IMG/VR virus record: IMGVR_UViG_3300022217_000002
Coordinates: 1-45,941 of that record
Source of the DNA: a virus
Lineage: Duplodnaviria; Caudoviricetes
Reading direction: 5' to 3' (one strand)
DNA: 45,941 nt
Part shown: piece after piece, positions 1 to 9,204 of the stretch
How positions within the stretch are numbered: position 1 is the stretch's first letter
Layout of the letters: each line of letters starts with the position of its first letter
Notes under the pieces: generated by a model
Databases searched by the model: none
The model's input: only the letters and a program-made list of their open reading frames with translations
What the model was told of the DNA's origin: nothing
Translations under genes and position numbers: made by a program

Positions 1-39
1 TTAGGAATCCGCCGCTCTGTCCAACTGAGCTACCGGGGT
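1..39 (-). other. attP core: 5' half of tRNA-Arg(CCT)
   Basis: Minus strand reads ACCCCGG TA GCTC AGTTGGACA GAGC G GCGGA TTCCTAA, i.e. acceptor 5' strand, D arm, anticodon-stem 5' strand and loop. Across the circular junction it continues GCTGTATGG, not TCCGC. Lies about 240 bp from the integrase. Confidence 0.85.
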
Positions 40-127
40 ATTTATTAATATATTACACTCCCGCCTAGATATATCCCTGTTTTCCTAGCGATATCCGACA
101 TTGTAATATCTTGGTGTAATTTTCGCT
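1..127 (+). repeat. Terminal direct repeat, left copy (circular assembly overlap)
   Basis: Identical to 45815-45941; 127 nt is a common assembler k-mer length. Confidence 0.95.
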
Positions 128-215
128 TTACGCAGTAATCTGCATATGTTACATATTAATCTATCACGGCCCGAAACCGTCACCAAAAAGTTGACAGTTT
201 GGTTGACACTCTCTG

Positions 216-242
216 TTGACTCGCCCTTCATAAGGGTGTAGT
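216..242 (+). promoter_or_regulatory. Putative integrase promoter/operator, TTGAC-N10-TAAGGGTGTA
   Basis: Same motif and spacing recur at 2777-2801. Confidence 0.55.
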
Positions 243-277
243 TAAAGCATAAACCAAGCTCAGAAAGGAAGCCGGAA

Positions 278-1534
278 ATGGCCCAGAAGAAGCAGCTCCT
301 TACCAAGCTCTACGCCCGGAACAGCATCTATCAACTCGCATGGAAACCTTTCGGCGGAGAATGGGAATACCGAAGCTTGGGGACTCGAGACCCAGAAAAA
401 GCCAAGCGCGAACGACAAAAGCTCATCGACAACTATGTCCCCGACCGCCGCGACGAAATCGCGATCCTCAAAGCCAAGCTCGCCCGTCTCGAAGGAGAGC
501 AGCTGCGCGAAGAGGCCCAAGCCGCCCTGCATATTGATAACGTCTGGAAGGCGTTCATGGAATCGACAGACACGGAGCCCATTCAGCACGCCACCCTTCA
601 AGGGTATGCCAGCTATTGGAAAGGGAAAACCGGCCTCAAGCCCTTCATGGAGCGCAGGGGTATCGCAACGCTTGCGGATTTTGGGTCCGAAGACGCCGGC
701 GAGTTCATCAAGTACCTTGCTGCCGAAGGCATCGGGAAGGCTACGGCAACCAAGTACCTGACGTTCTTCCGCCGCCTGTGGGACACGATAGCCCCCCGCA
801 TCGAGAATCCCTGGAAGCGCAAGAAAGCACAGGGCTTCGGCGGGAAGGTCGGCAAGAGACCATTCACTCTCGACCATCAGAGCCAGATCATCCACGATAC
901 GGGCCGCTACTTCGAGCATGCGGACTACATGCCGCCGCAAGAGCGGGAGCAAGCGTCCATCGAATACAAGGCGCTGCACATCATCATGGCCTATACCGGG
1001 CTTCGCTTGGTCGATGCCTGCATGTTGACGCTTGAAGAGGTTTTCTTCGGGCGTGGCGTTATCGAACTCGCTCCCCAAAAGACCCGCTTCCGGGGCGACG
1101 ACCCCATGTATGCGAAGATCGGAATCCATCCCGTCCTCGGCGTGGTGCTGCGAACGCTCATGTTGGGGAGGACATCGGGATACTTCCTATGTCACATCGC
1201 ATCAGAGTACCAGCGGGATAAGTCTGCGGTCAGCAAACATATCCAGCAGCAGATCCACACGGCAACGGAACTGGCGTGCTGCGTCAGGGCTCCGGGCCGC
1301 AAGAGGGCCATTGCGGTCTACGGTGCGCATTCGCATCGCAAGGCGCTTTCCGACCGCATGCGCGAAGCCGGGATTGACATCATGGTCCGCTTGCAGATCT
1401 TGGGCCACAAGGACAGCCGCTCGGAAGCGCAGGACTATTCCCACGTCAGCGATCAGGAAGTCAGGGACGCCATCATGAAGTCCATGCCGGATCTTCTAAG
1501 AAACCATTCGGCTTCATCAATTTCACAAATTTAA
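278..1534 (+). CDS. int: Tyrosine recombinase (phage integrase)
   Basis: Catalytic motifs YTGLR, HSHR and LGH...DYSH; SD-like AGAAAGGA upstream; adjacent to attP. Confidence 0.95.
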   Translation: MAQKKQLLTKLYARNSIYQLAWKPFGGEWEYRSLGTRDPEKAKRERQKLIDNYVPDRRDEIAILKAKLARLEGEQLREEAQAALHIDNVWKAFMESTDTEPIQHATLQGYASYWKGKTGLKPFMERRGIATLADFGSEDAGEFIKYLAAEGIGKATATKYLTFFRRLWDTIAPRIENPWKRKKAQGFGGKVGKRPFTLDHQSQIIHDTGRYFEHADYMPPQEREQASIEYKALHIIMAYTGLRLVDACMLTLEEVFFGRGVIELAPQKTRFRGDDPMYAKIGIHPVLGVVLRTLMLGRTSGYFLCHIASEYQRDKSAVSKHIQQQIHTATELACCVRAPGRKRAIAVYGAHSHRKALSDRMREAGIDIMVRLQILGHKDSRSEAQDYSHVSDQEVRDAIMKSMPDLLRNHSASSISQI

Positions 1535-1537
1535 ATG

Positions 1538-1567
1538 TTGACATTTGTACACATGTTGTGGGAGATT
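1538..1567 (+). promoter_or_regulatory. Putative sigma70-type promoter
   Basis: TTGACA at 1538 within palindrome AAATGT-TG-ACATTT, then TGnGAGATT at 1559-1567. Confidence 0.4.
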
Positions 1568-1573
1568 CGTGAA

Positions 1574-1699
1574 GTTCTCGGCAAAGAACTAAGCGGAATC
1601 GCCCGCACAAAACCAATGTTGGTCTGTGCCTGCTTTACCCTTCGGGGTAGCATCCTTCCGTGATGTTCTTTGCCGAGAGTGGGCGCAGGCCTCTTTTTG
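1574..1699 (+). ncRNA. Structured leader / antisense-type RNA upstream of antirepressor
   Basis: 1576-1589 is the exact reverse complement of 1665-1678. A competing stem 1621-1636/1676-1691 is followed by TCTTTTT. Inner hairpin TACCC-TTCG-GGGTA. Confidence 0.55.
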
Positions 1700-2167
1700 T
1701 ATCCGGTAGGCAAATCAGGTGGTCAAAAACGAGAGGTCAACGCCGTCAATGAGTCGGGCATGTATTGCCTGATATTCAAGAGTCGGAAGCCAGAGGCCAA
1801 GGCGTTCAAGCGGTGGGTCACGCATGAAGTCCTGCCTGCGATCCGCAAGACGGGGTCTTACGGCCAGTTGCCGATCTCGATCCCCGGCAACGATACCCGA
1901 GACTACTGGGCAACGGGACGCATCGCATCCATGCTCGGCATCCAGTACCACACATTAGCCGGATGGCTGGAGACTCACGGGATGCTTCGGCGGGAAGGGT
2001 ATTGCTACATGCCTACGGACAAGGCGGCAACGAAATATTCGGGAGCCTTCGTGCTATTGCAGAACATCTACGTAAAGTGGACGCCACAGATGGCGCAACT
2101 CATCATGCAACGCTACCGCGAATTCTCCCAACGGGAACCCAAGTTGCTGGAAGGGGGTGCGGGGTGA
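1670..2167 (+). CDS. Bro-N family antirepressor, N-terminally truncated
   Basis: VNESGMYCLIFKSRKPEAKAFKRWVTHEVLPAIRKTGSY is the second half of Bro-N; the first half is missing and the start is uncertain. Confidence 0.75.
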   Translation: MPRVGAGLFLYPVGKSGGQKREVNAVNESGMYCLIFKSRKPEAKAFKRWVTHEVLPAIRKTGSYGQLPISIPGNDTRDYWATGRIASMLGIQYHTLAGWLETHGMLRREGYCYMPTDKAATKYSGAFVLLQNIYVKWTPQMAQLIMQRYREFSQREPKLLEGGAG

Positions 2168-2364
2168 GCAAAGAGATCAGAACCTATGCTGAATTAAAGC
2201 GAGCGAGGGAAATGATGTCGCATATCTACATGCTGGTTAAGGCGGTTCCCATATCCTTGGGCAAGGAAGAAAACCTATGCAGGGCCAAAGTGTTCCGCCC
2301 ACTGTGCATCGACTGCGAAATATTTAGCGAGTGCGGCGTATCGCTGCCACCCCATAAAGATTAA
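2164..2364 (+). CDS. Hypothetical Cys-containing protein
   Basis: GTG start overlaps the upstream TGA; CIDCEIFSEC motif. Confidence 0.5.
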   Translation: MSKEIRTYAELKRAREMMSHIYMLVKAVPISLGKEENLCRAKVFRPLCIDCEIFSECGVSLPPHKD

Positions 2365-2388
2365 TTCCCCACCCACCGAACGCCCCCG

Positions 2389-2646
2389 TCACTCGGCGGG
2401 GGCCTCTCCTTTATTCTCGAACAGCCAAGCGAATAGAGATGCATGTTCGCCGGGTTCTAGAATTTTTCCAGTGAAGCGGTTCACGCGAACAGCCTCGTCT
2501 TTGTAATAGCCACTCCAAGGCTCCGATAGACTGGGGCGTCCATGCCTGACGGCTGTGCGTTTGACAACAACCTCATATGGTCTGTAGGCCACCCCCAGCA
2601 ACAGCCCAACCAACAGCGCAATGGCCGCAACAATAAACGTTTTCAT
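2389..2646 (-). CDS. Membrane-anchored hypothetical protein (moron-like)
   Basis: MKTFIVAAIALLVGLLLGVAY hydrophobic N-terminus; GAGGTGGGG upstream. Confidence 0.65.
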   Translation of the reverse strand: MKTFIVAAIALLVGLLLGVAYRPYEVVVKRTAVRHGRPSLSEPWSGYYKDEAVRVNRFTGKILEPGEHASLFAWLFENKGEAPAE

Positions 2647-2776
2647 TATCCCCCACCTCTCGATTGAAATCGGGAGCGTAACCGGACTTTCGGCAGTCGG
2701 CAAGGATAAGGCTCAAAAAGAACTGTCTCCTTGAAGATCTTGGCCGCGACGGGCGATTGGCACAAAAAGAGCTTTA

Positions 2777-2803
2777 TTGACCCGCGAAGTGTAAGGGTGT
2801 ATT
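2777..2803 (+). promoter_or_regulatory. Putative promoter, TTGAC-N10-TAAGGGTGTA
   Basis: Second copy of the motif found upstream of int. Confidence 0.55.
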
Positions 2804-2833
2804 GGAGGGAGTCATCAAATTAGAGAGGTCGCA

Positions 2834-3466
2834 ATGAAGATCATACTTGCAGGATTGATTCTATTGTCGGCATTTACCGTAAATGCCGCGACCAACGCCG
2901 CCCCGACCGTTGGCTCCACCTACGAGGAAGTCATCCGATCCTTGGGCGAGCCCAACATCAACGCGGCAAGCGGGGGGAACCGCATAATGATGTACGACCT
3001 CGCGGAGTTCTCCCTGCAAAGCAACGTCGTTGTTACGGCGTATTACTACACCCGTGAAGAACTCGCCCGGAAACTGATTGCCAAGGTCGAGAGCGCCCGC
3101 ATTGCGAAGCAACAAAGAAACTCCGGCCAACCGAGCGCACTGGAAAGACAGCTTGAATACGAGCGCCGGTCGGCACTCGAACACAGGCGGAGGTTTGCGA
3201 AGGAACAGGCCGAACGGGACGAACGCCTGCGCTACGAGCTTCGGGTTCAAGAGGTCGGCAAGCAACAGGCCAACGAAGAGCGCCGCGTAAGGAACCTCGC
3301 CAAGAAATTCGTGCAGGGCGGCATGAGGCAGGGAGAGGCCGAGGCAAAGGCGCTGGAGATCGTTCGCCTCGAAGAACTCGAACGCAGGGTCGAAGCTGCG
3401 GAGTCCGCTGCCTTGAGCGCCAAACTGGCTGCCGACGAGGCCATGCTTGATAGTTTTAACGATTAA
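2834..3466 (+). CDS. Secreted protein with small N-terminal domain and coiled coil (moron-like)
   Basis: Signal peptide ending VNA; VGSTYEEVIRSLGEP resembles SmpA/OmlA-type motifs; charged helical C-terminus. Confidence 0.75.
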   Translation: MKIILAGLILLSAFTVNAATNAAPTVGSTYEEVIRSLGEPNINAASGGNRIMMYDLAEFSLQSNVVVTAYYYTREELARKLIAKVESARIAKQQRNSGQPSALERQLEYERRSALEHRRRFAKEQAERDERLRYELRVQEVGKQQANEERRVRNLAKKFVQGGMRQGEAEAKALEIVRLEELERRVEAAESAALSAKLAADEAMLDSFND

Positions 3467-3468
3467 CC

Positions 3469-6400
3469 CTACGGGAACGCGGGGGCGCGTCGCTTGGGCG
3501 CGGAGGGTCTGCGCCGAGAGCGGGAAGAACTTCCGCGCTGCAAGGCCGTCTTCCTGGGATCGGGCCTGTACTTCCTCAAATTATCCACCTTGCCGTAGCG
3601 GACGGCCTTGGCTTCGTCGGCACTGACATCCATCCCGTCCTTTAAGATGGCCTCAATCTCGTGGTCTTTCAGGATCCCGCCGAATGCGGTCTGGGCGTTT
3701 TTGAACACGCCCTCGGCCTTCTTGAGGTATTCATACCGCTTGGCCTGTCCAAGGCCGGCGCTCTTGTCCAGGTAGGCCGTAGAGTCGCCCAGGTTGCGCA
3801 ATGCCTTCTCTCGCATCGAAACCATGCCCTTGCTGGCCCTGAGCGCGTCACGCAAGCCAACAACCTTGTTCCTGACAAGTATGGAGGCTTCGTTCTTGTC
3901 GATGCCGTAGGTGCGTGTTGGGTTGGCAAGACTGGTCCAGACCTCGCGAACCGAACGATAAGGAGTATAGGTTCCCGCCCTCGGTTCAACATCCCCCGAT
4001 TGTTTCCGGCCAATGGCTCTTGTTTGCGTGACCTTCGGGCCAAACTGGCCGCCGAGTACATCCAGGCCCAGATTGATGGTGGCCTCCCTTATGATTTCGC
4101 TCTTGCGCGGATGTTCTCCGACAAGCACGTCCTGTATGCCCGTGCTCTTGTAGTCGCCGCCGAGGGAATCGCCGGTAAACCATTTATAAAGGGCGGAGGG
4201 ATACATGCCCGGACGGAGGGGGTTGATCTTGTCCCGCCACACTTGCTTCAAAACATTGGCGGGAGCCTCGATATCGCTTTCCTCGGCTTGCAGGGCACCG
4301 TATATCATGTCTTCAAGAGGGAAGGCGCTGTTGCCGCCAAGAGCCGTGTAGAAGACCGCCCTGCCGCCGTCCTTCTTGGTTTCCTCCCACACTATCAAGG
4401 GCGCGTCCTGATACCAATCCGGCATGAATTCGCGCAAGGCCGTCTGCCTGCCCCCGTCCTCCAGCAGTTCAACCTTGTCGATTTCGTCGTCATCGTCCCT
4501 GATGGCCTGCTGAATGGCAACCCAAGCCCCTTTTAGGCCGGTCGATATCAGGGCTATCTTGCCCGTCCGTCGCAGGGTGTCGATGGATGCGGAGGTCGTC
4601 AGGCCGACCATCGGAACGAAATCCCCCTTCTTGGCACTGTCCATCGCATGCCTGACCTGATTCGCCCTTATGCGGATCGAATCAACGAAATACCCTACAT
4701 AGTCGGTAATGCCGGTTCTGGACAGGCCGTGCGTGAATTCGGGAACGCTTTCCGGATTCTGGTAGAACTTGCGGACGTGTTCGACCGCTTGGGCCTCGGT
4801 CATGCCCCTATCCAGGGCCGACCAGTACGCCGCTATTTTTGTCGGGAAGTCGATTATGGAGTAAAGCTCCATGGCTCTCTGGAACTTTTGCCCCGCCCAA
4901 TTGCGGGGATCTGTCGTCAGGAGGTTCAACACCTCTTCGGCCTGCGTGTTCCCGCGAAGGGAGAAGACGCCTTTTTTGACCAGCTCGGAAACCTCGCGCA
5001 GAGCTTTCGGCTTCCGGGCGACAAAATCCCCGGCCAGCGCGTGCGCCTTCCTGATGTTTTTGCCGTACCCCTTCCGCAAGGCGTCGCCACTGCCAACGGC
5101 GAATCCGACATAGGCTTCCGTATAGTTCCGGCCAATGGTCTTCGGACCAAGGAGCTTCAATCCCCGCATGACACCCATCGGTTTGAACCACAGGTTCGAC
5201 CTAATCCATCCCGGCTTGGTGCCGCCCGTGACGGCGTCGTGGAGTTCCTTGGTGACATACTTGCCGGCCAGCTTCCCATATTTCATTTTGTCGGCGGGAT
5301 TTGTGGCCTCGCCCAATGGAACCTCTGTTCCGGCCTCCCTTGAGCGAAAGTCTGTCCAGACCTTTCCCCTCCCGTTCCGTGCCAGCAGATTGAACATTGT
5401 CATGTTGGCAATCAGCAGTTCCTGCGACTCGATGGTTTTGGCGGCAGCGAACTGCGGATCGGTAACCTCTTGATAGAGGACGCGGAACGCACCTTCGAGG
5501 AAGCGTTTCTTCAAGTTACTGGTGTCGATAGCGCCCCCGCCGGCCTGCTCGCGGTTCAAAAAGTAATCCACGGTGGACTGCGCGGCGTCCAGCAGGGCGT
5601 CGGTATTGGGTTCGACCCGCACGTTTCCGTCTTCATCATATGCGATGGACTCAATTACCTGGCTTAGCTTATCGAACTTATTGGCGACGCGCTGAATCTG
5701 CTCTCTTCTGGAATCACTCATGCCCTCAAGCATGGTAGCGTCTCGGGTTTGTAAATATCCGACAATGTCGATGGTCGTGCGCCGCTGCTTGCCCCTGGCT
5801 TTCGTTGCGGATTCCACGAGGTTCTCAAGGGACTCTTCAATCCCGGCCTGAATCTCCATCACAGCCGCGTCGTAATCCTCCTGCTTTGGAACGAATTCAT
5901 CACCAAGCAAGTGCTTCAAGTAGAAGCGCGACACGTAGTAGTCGTTTTCCGCCACTTTCGCAACGAGGTCGGCAGGGGCTCCCTGCTCTTCGAGTAATTG
6001 GGCCAGACGCTGGCTATTGGCCCTGCGCTGAATATTAAACCCATTTAGAGCCCGCACGGCGATATGATCGCGAGGCAATCCGAATTCGTTGCGGAATTCA
6101 TCAATGGTTTTTTCTCCATAGACGACATCCTGCATCCATTGGCCGACCTTCTGTTTGTCGTGCTTTTTGATTAGCCGCGCTCTAGCCCTTTGGAAGTCCT
6201 GCCTTGTTGCCTGCCCGACAAGTTTGGCGGCCTCACGGGCATGCTTGCGTTCGATTGTAGAGGCGTGGGTGTCGGCATCCATTCCACGTGTGCGCGTAAA
6301 CTTTCGACGGATCAAACGTCCGGCCTGCCGGACAATGCGGGACGCCCCAGCCCGGTCCGGGACACCGACGTATCCCGCCTTGCGCAGTTGTCGGGACCGC

Positions 6401-8463
6401 TCTTCAAGGGCGGGGTCCGCTCTTTGCGACTCATCTGTGCGCGGCAATTCGGTTTGCGACTCATCCGCCGCCGTTTGTGAGACACTAACCGTCTCAACCT
6501 CTTCGGCCTCCTTATAGCGGCGCAACTGGTCCACTACCGCCTTCTCTTGCTCTGGCGACAAAATGGGGGTACGGTCCGGATGTTCCCTCGATTGCCTTAG
6601 ATGACCCTTTAGAAATCGCCGGAGATGTTCAATGTGGGCCTCGCGAAATGTCTGATCGCCTTCCATCGCGATATTCCCACCCGTTTCGGAGACGCGGATC
6701 GTATGAACATCGCCCTCCTCGGTCGGGAACACTCCGCCGTAGACCGCCCCCACCTCTTCGGCTGCCGTCTGAACCTGCTCTTTACTGGATTTGTTTGTGG
6801 TCCGCGTGCCCTCAACGGCATAGACCCCGGACGGTGCGGGAGTCTGCGATGGAGCCGCCGCTTCTTCCTTCTGGGCAGGCCCTTGCTCGCTCCAGAACTT
6901 CTTATTGAGCGTCCGGGTCTTGTTGGGGCCGGTGCTGATCGTAACGGTGTTTTCATCTTCCGTGACAAACTCGCCCCTGACAGTGGTCTTCCCATCATCC
7001 ATAACAAAGGTGCGGACATTCGTTCCTTCAACATCTGAGGATGTAGAAGGCTGAACAGCTCTCGCGGATTTGGGTGGTTTGGCGGAATAGGAGGAAACCG
7101 CCTCATCTGGCGTCGGTTTCGCGATGGGCTGTTCAGCCTGTTTAAGCTCTTCGGTTGACCGGGACTTCGCTTCCTTGACCGGCTGCCCCCGATCATCTGA
7201 GACGACCTCTTGCTCCAGGGTAACAGGGCGGCCTTCGGGGGTCGTGACTCCGGGCTGGACAACCTTTTCGGTGAGGGGGGACTCTTTTGTCTTAGCGGCG
7301 GCCTGTATTTCCTTGTCAGCTTCTGGAGCTTCTATTGTTGGCGATCCTTCAACGGCACCCTTTTCCTTGGCTTGCGATTGAATAGCGCCAGCCTCTACCG
7401 GCAACCCGAGGGTCGCCATAAGTAAGCCTACGCCGGCCCCCTGCTTGAACGATTCCCCAAGATTTTCCCCCTCTAGCCCGGCGCGAACCCCCTGTTCACT
7501 GGCGATCTGTTCGGCCATCTTCTTTTTCATGTGGTTGGAGATGCCGCCTTGGCCCAGCTCTTCCAGCCCTTCCGATATGCCGCGTGGCAAGATTTTCAAA
7601 ATCTGCTTGAACGCCCCGGTTTTCTTGAGTGCATCAATAGTGGCGTCCTGCGCCTGCGTTCCTTTCAGACCCTTGAGCCACCCCTTCAACTGGTAGGCAT
7701 TTGAAGCGTATTCAACCGCGCCGGAAAGCATGCCGTATTTGGCCGCGTATTCGCTCGCGTACTTGTCGGCGGTTTGCTCATCAAGGCCCGCCTTTTTCAG
7801 TTGCTCGAAGGTTTCCTTGTAGAACGCCGCGCTTTCGTTGGCGGTCATGGCCGCATAGCCCGTGTACGCCCCCGCCGGACCACCCAATGCAGAAGCCGCC
7901 GCTGCCTCAACCATAATAAACGCGTTCTCGGCCAAGCCCAACAACGGGCTTGAGGAAGGGATCTCCTGCCTGAACCTGTTTACGTCCTCTTCCCACTTCT
8001 TGGTAGAGCCGGTTACCTTGTCGTAGAACTGCAAGGCTTTTTGCCGCTGCTGAAACGAGCGTTGGGAGGCTTTGTCGGCGTCTGCGCGTAACGCCGTGTC
8101 TTCAGGGTAGCGGTCCGCCAATTGCGCCAGAATCTCTGCCTCGGACATTCCGCCCGCAATCTTTGCGTCGCCGAATTGCGACAAGCCCAAGCCGGCACTA
8201 CCAACGCCTTTCGTCGTTCCGACAACTAAGGCTTTACCTGCGGTTCCAAGCGTCTCCAAAGCTGCGCCCGGAAGCTCTTTCATAACGCCCATCGCCCCGC
8301 CCGGAGAAGACGGCTCAAAAGGGGCAGGAGTCGGCTCAAGGCGAGCAGGAGGTGGCCCCAAGATGCCTTCCACCGTCGAAGCCGGATCTTCGGGCAACGG
8401 GCCCAGAACATCCTCGATCCGTTTTCGAGGCGGCGGCCCTAGAATGCTGTCAACAGTGGGCAT
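3469..8463 (-). CDS. Large 1664-aa protein, probable internal virion / DNA-ejection protein
   Basis: Long ORF at the end of the morphogenesis block with Ala/Gly-rich helical segments; function inferred from position. Confidence 0.7.
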   Translation of the reverse strand: MPTVDSILGPPPRKRIEDVLGPLPEDPASTVEGILGPPPARLEPTPAPFEPSSPGGAMGVMKELPGAALETLGTAGKALVVGTTKGVGSAGLGLSQFGDAKIAGGMSEAEILAQLADRYPEDTALRADADKASQRSFQQRQKALQFYDKVTGSTKKWEEDVNRFRQEIPSSSPLLGLAENAFIMVEAAAASALGGPAGAYTGYAAMTANESAAFYKETFEQLKKAGLDEQTADKYASEYAAKYGMLSGAVEYASNAYQLKGWLKGLKGTQAQDATIDALKKTGAFKQILKILPRGISEGLEELGQGGISNHMKKKMAEQIASEQGVRAGLEGENLGESFKQGAGVGLLMATLGLPVEAGAIQSQAKEKGAVEGSPTIEAPEADKEIQAAAKTKESPLTEKVVQPGVTTPEGRPVTLEQEVVSDDRGQPVKEAKSRSTEELKQAEQPIAKPTPDEAVSSYSAKPPKSARAVQPSTSSDVEGTNVRTFVMDDGKTTVRGEFVTEDENTVTISTGPNKTRTLNKKFWSEQGPAQKEEAAAPSQTPAPSGVYAVEGTRTTNKSSKEQVQTAAEEVGAVYGGVFPTEEGDVHTIRVSETGGNIAMEGDQTFREAHIEHLRRFLKGHLRQSREHPDRTPILSPEQEKAVVDQLRRYKEAEEVETVSVSQTAADESQTELPRTDESQRADPALEERSRQLRKAGYVGVPDRAGASRIVRQAGRLIRRKFTRTRGMDADTHASTIERKHAREAAKLVGQATRQDFQRARARLIKKHDKQKVGQWMQDVVYGEKTIDEFRNEFGLPRDHIAVRALNGFNIQRRANSQRLAQLLEEQGAPADLVAKVAENDYYVSRFYLKHLLGDEFVPKQEDYDAAVMEIQAGIEESLENLVESATKARGKQRRTTIDIVGYLQTRDATMLEGMSDSRREQIQRVANKFDKLSQVIESIAYDEDGNVRVEPNTDALLDAAQSTVDYFLNREQAGGGAIDTSNLKKRFLEGAFRVLYQEVTDPQFAAAKTIESQELLIANMTMFNLLARNGRGKVWTDFRSREAGTEVPLGEATNPADKMKYGKLAGKYVTKELHDAVTGGTKPGWIRSNLWFKPMGVMRGLKLLGPKTIGRNYTEAYVGFAVGSGDALRKGYGKNIRKAHALAGDFVARKPKALREVSELVKKGVFSLRGNTQAEEVLNLLTTDPRNWAGQKFQRAMELYSIIDFPTKIAAYWSALDRGMTEAQAVEHVRKFYQNPESVPEFTHGLSRTGITDYVGYFVDSIRIRANQVRHAMDSAKKGDFVPMVGLTTSASIDTLRRTGKIALISTGLKGAWVAIQQAIRDDDDEIDKVELLEDGGRQTALREFMPDWYQDAPLIVWEETKKDGGRAVFYTALGGNSAFPLEDMIYGALQAEESDIEAPANVLKQVWRDKINPLRPGMYPSALYKWFTGDSLGGDYKSTGIQDVLVGEHPRKSEIIREATINLGLDVLGGQFGPKVTQTRAIGRKQSGDVEPRAGTYTPYRSVREVWTSLANPTRTYGIDKNEASILVRNKVVGLRDALRASKGMVSMREKALRNLGDSTAYLDKSAGLGQAKRYEYLKKAEGVFKNAQTAFGGILKDHEIEAILKDGMDVSADEAKAVRYGKVDNLRKYRPDPRKTALQRGSSSRSRRRPSAPKRRAPAFP

Positions 8464-8472
8464 TGCATCTCC

Positions 8473-9162
8473 CTATTCGTATCCCATTTTCCGAAGCCTC
8501 GCCTCGCCTTCTTCACGCGACATCTTTCCGCTCCGCACGGCGGCTGCTATCTGGTCGGTTGTCATATCAGTTACAGCGGGCCCCCCTTGAGACCCCCCGC
8601 CCATCAACGCCTCGGTCTCCGCCATGGCCTTGTCCCGCAGTGCGGCGTAGCCCTTCTTGGCGAGATCGTCGGTCTCGGGATCGTTGATCAACTTTTGCCA
8701 TCCGTAGACCGCGTAGTTAAGCGCATCCAAACGCTTGACTGCGGCGGCCCCTTCCTTCCCCATGGCGTTGAGTTCGGCCATTCTAATATTTCCCCGCCCC
8801 CGCTCCCTCACTACTTCCAGATCAGAGGCCCCCTTCATGGCCTGCAAGCGTTCGTTCGCGCTTTCCGCAAGGCGTTGTCTTGTCAGGTCTTCCAGTGTCG
8901 ATTTGCGCAGTTCCTCGGTCGGCATGCGGCTTGCAAGGGCGGATTCATGCTGGTGCCGCATCTCAGGATTGGTGAGGGTGAACTCACGAATCTCGGCCAT
9001 GCGCTTGTCAAAAGCGGACGCAGCGGCTGCGGGTTTGCTGGACCCGACATACGCATAGGGTTGGGATTGAGTTTGAAGCGATGCCGTCAACGGGTCCGAG
9101 CCAGTCAGGGGCTGGCGGTCGAAGATGTTGCGCCTGCGCTTTTTGTCTATTGTCGATGGCAT
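8473..9162 (-). CDS. Hypothetical helical protein, possible ejection protein
   Basis: 229-aa ORF with SD, immediately before the largest gene. Confidence 0.65.
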   Translation of the reverse strand: MPSTIDKKRRRNIFDRQPLTGSDPLTASLQTQSQPYAYVGSSKPAAAASAFDKRMAEIREFTLTNPEMRHQHESALASRMPTEELRKSTLEDLTRQRLAESANERLQAMKGASDLEVVRERGRGNIRMAELNAMGKEGAAAVKRLDALNYAVYGWQKLINDPETDDLAKKGYAALRDKAMAETEALMGGGSQGGPAVTDMTTDQIAAAVRSGKMSREEGEARLRKMGYE

Positions 9163-9204
9163 GATGGCTCTCCCTCTTTTCCAACCCGTTGAACGGGGTG
9201 GGAC

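Noticed and set aside
1-39. Intact tRNA-Arg gene
   Set aside because: The anticodon-stem 3' strand, T arm and acceptor 3' strand are absent across the junction.
278-1534. Integron integrase IntI
   Set aside because: No IntI-specific insertion recognised; position beside the tRNA-derived attP fits a prophage integrase. Activity on the cassettes is not formally excluded.
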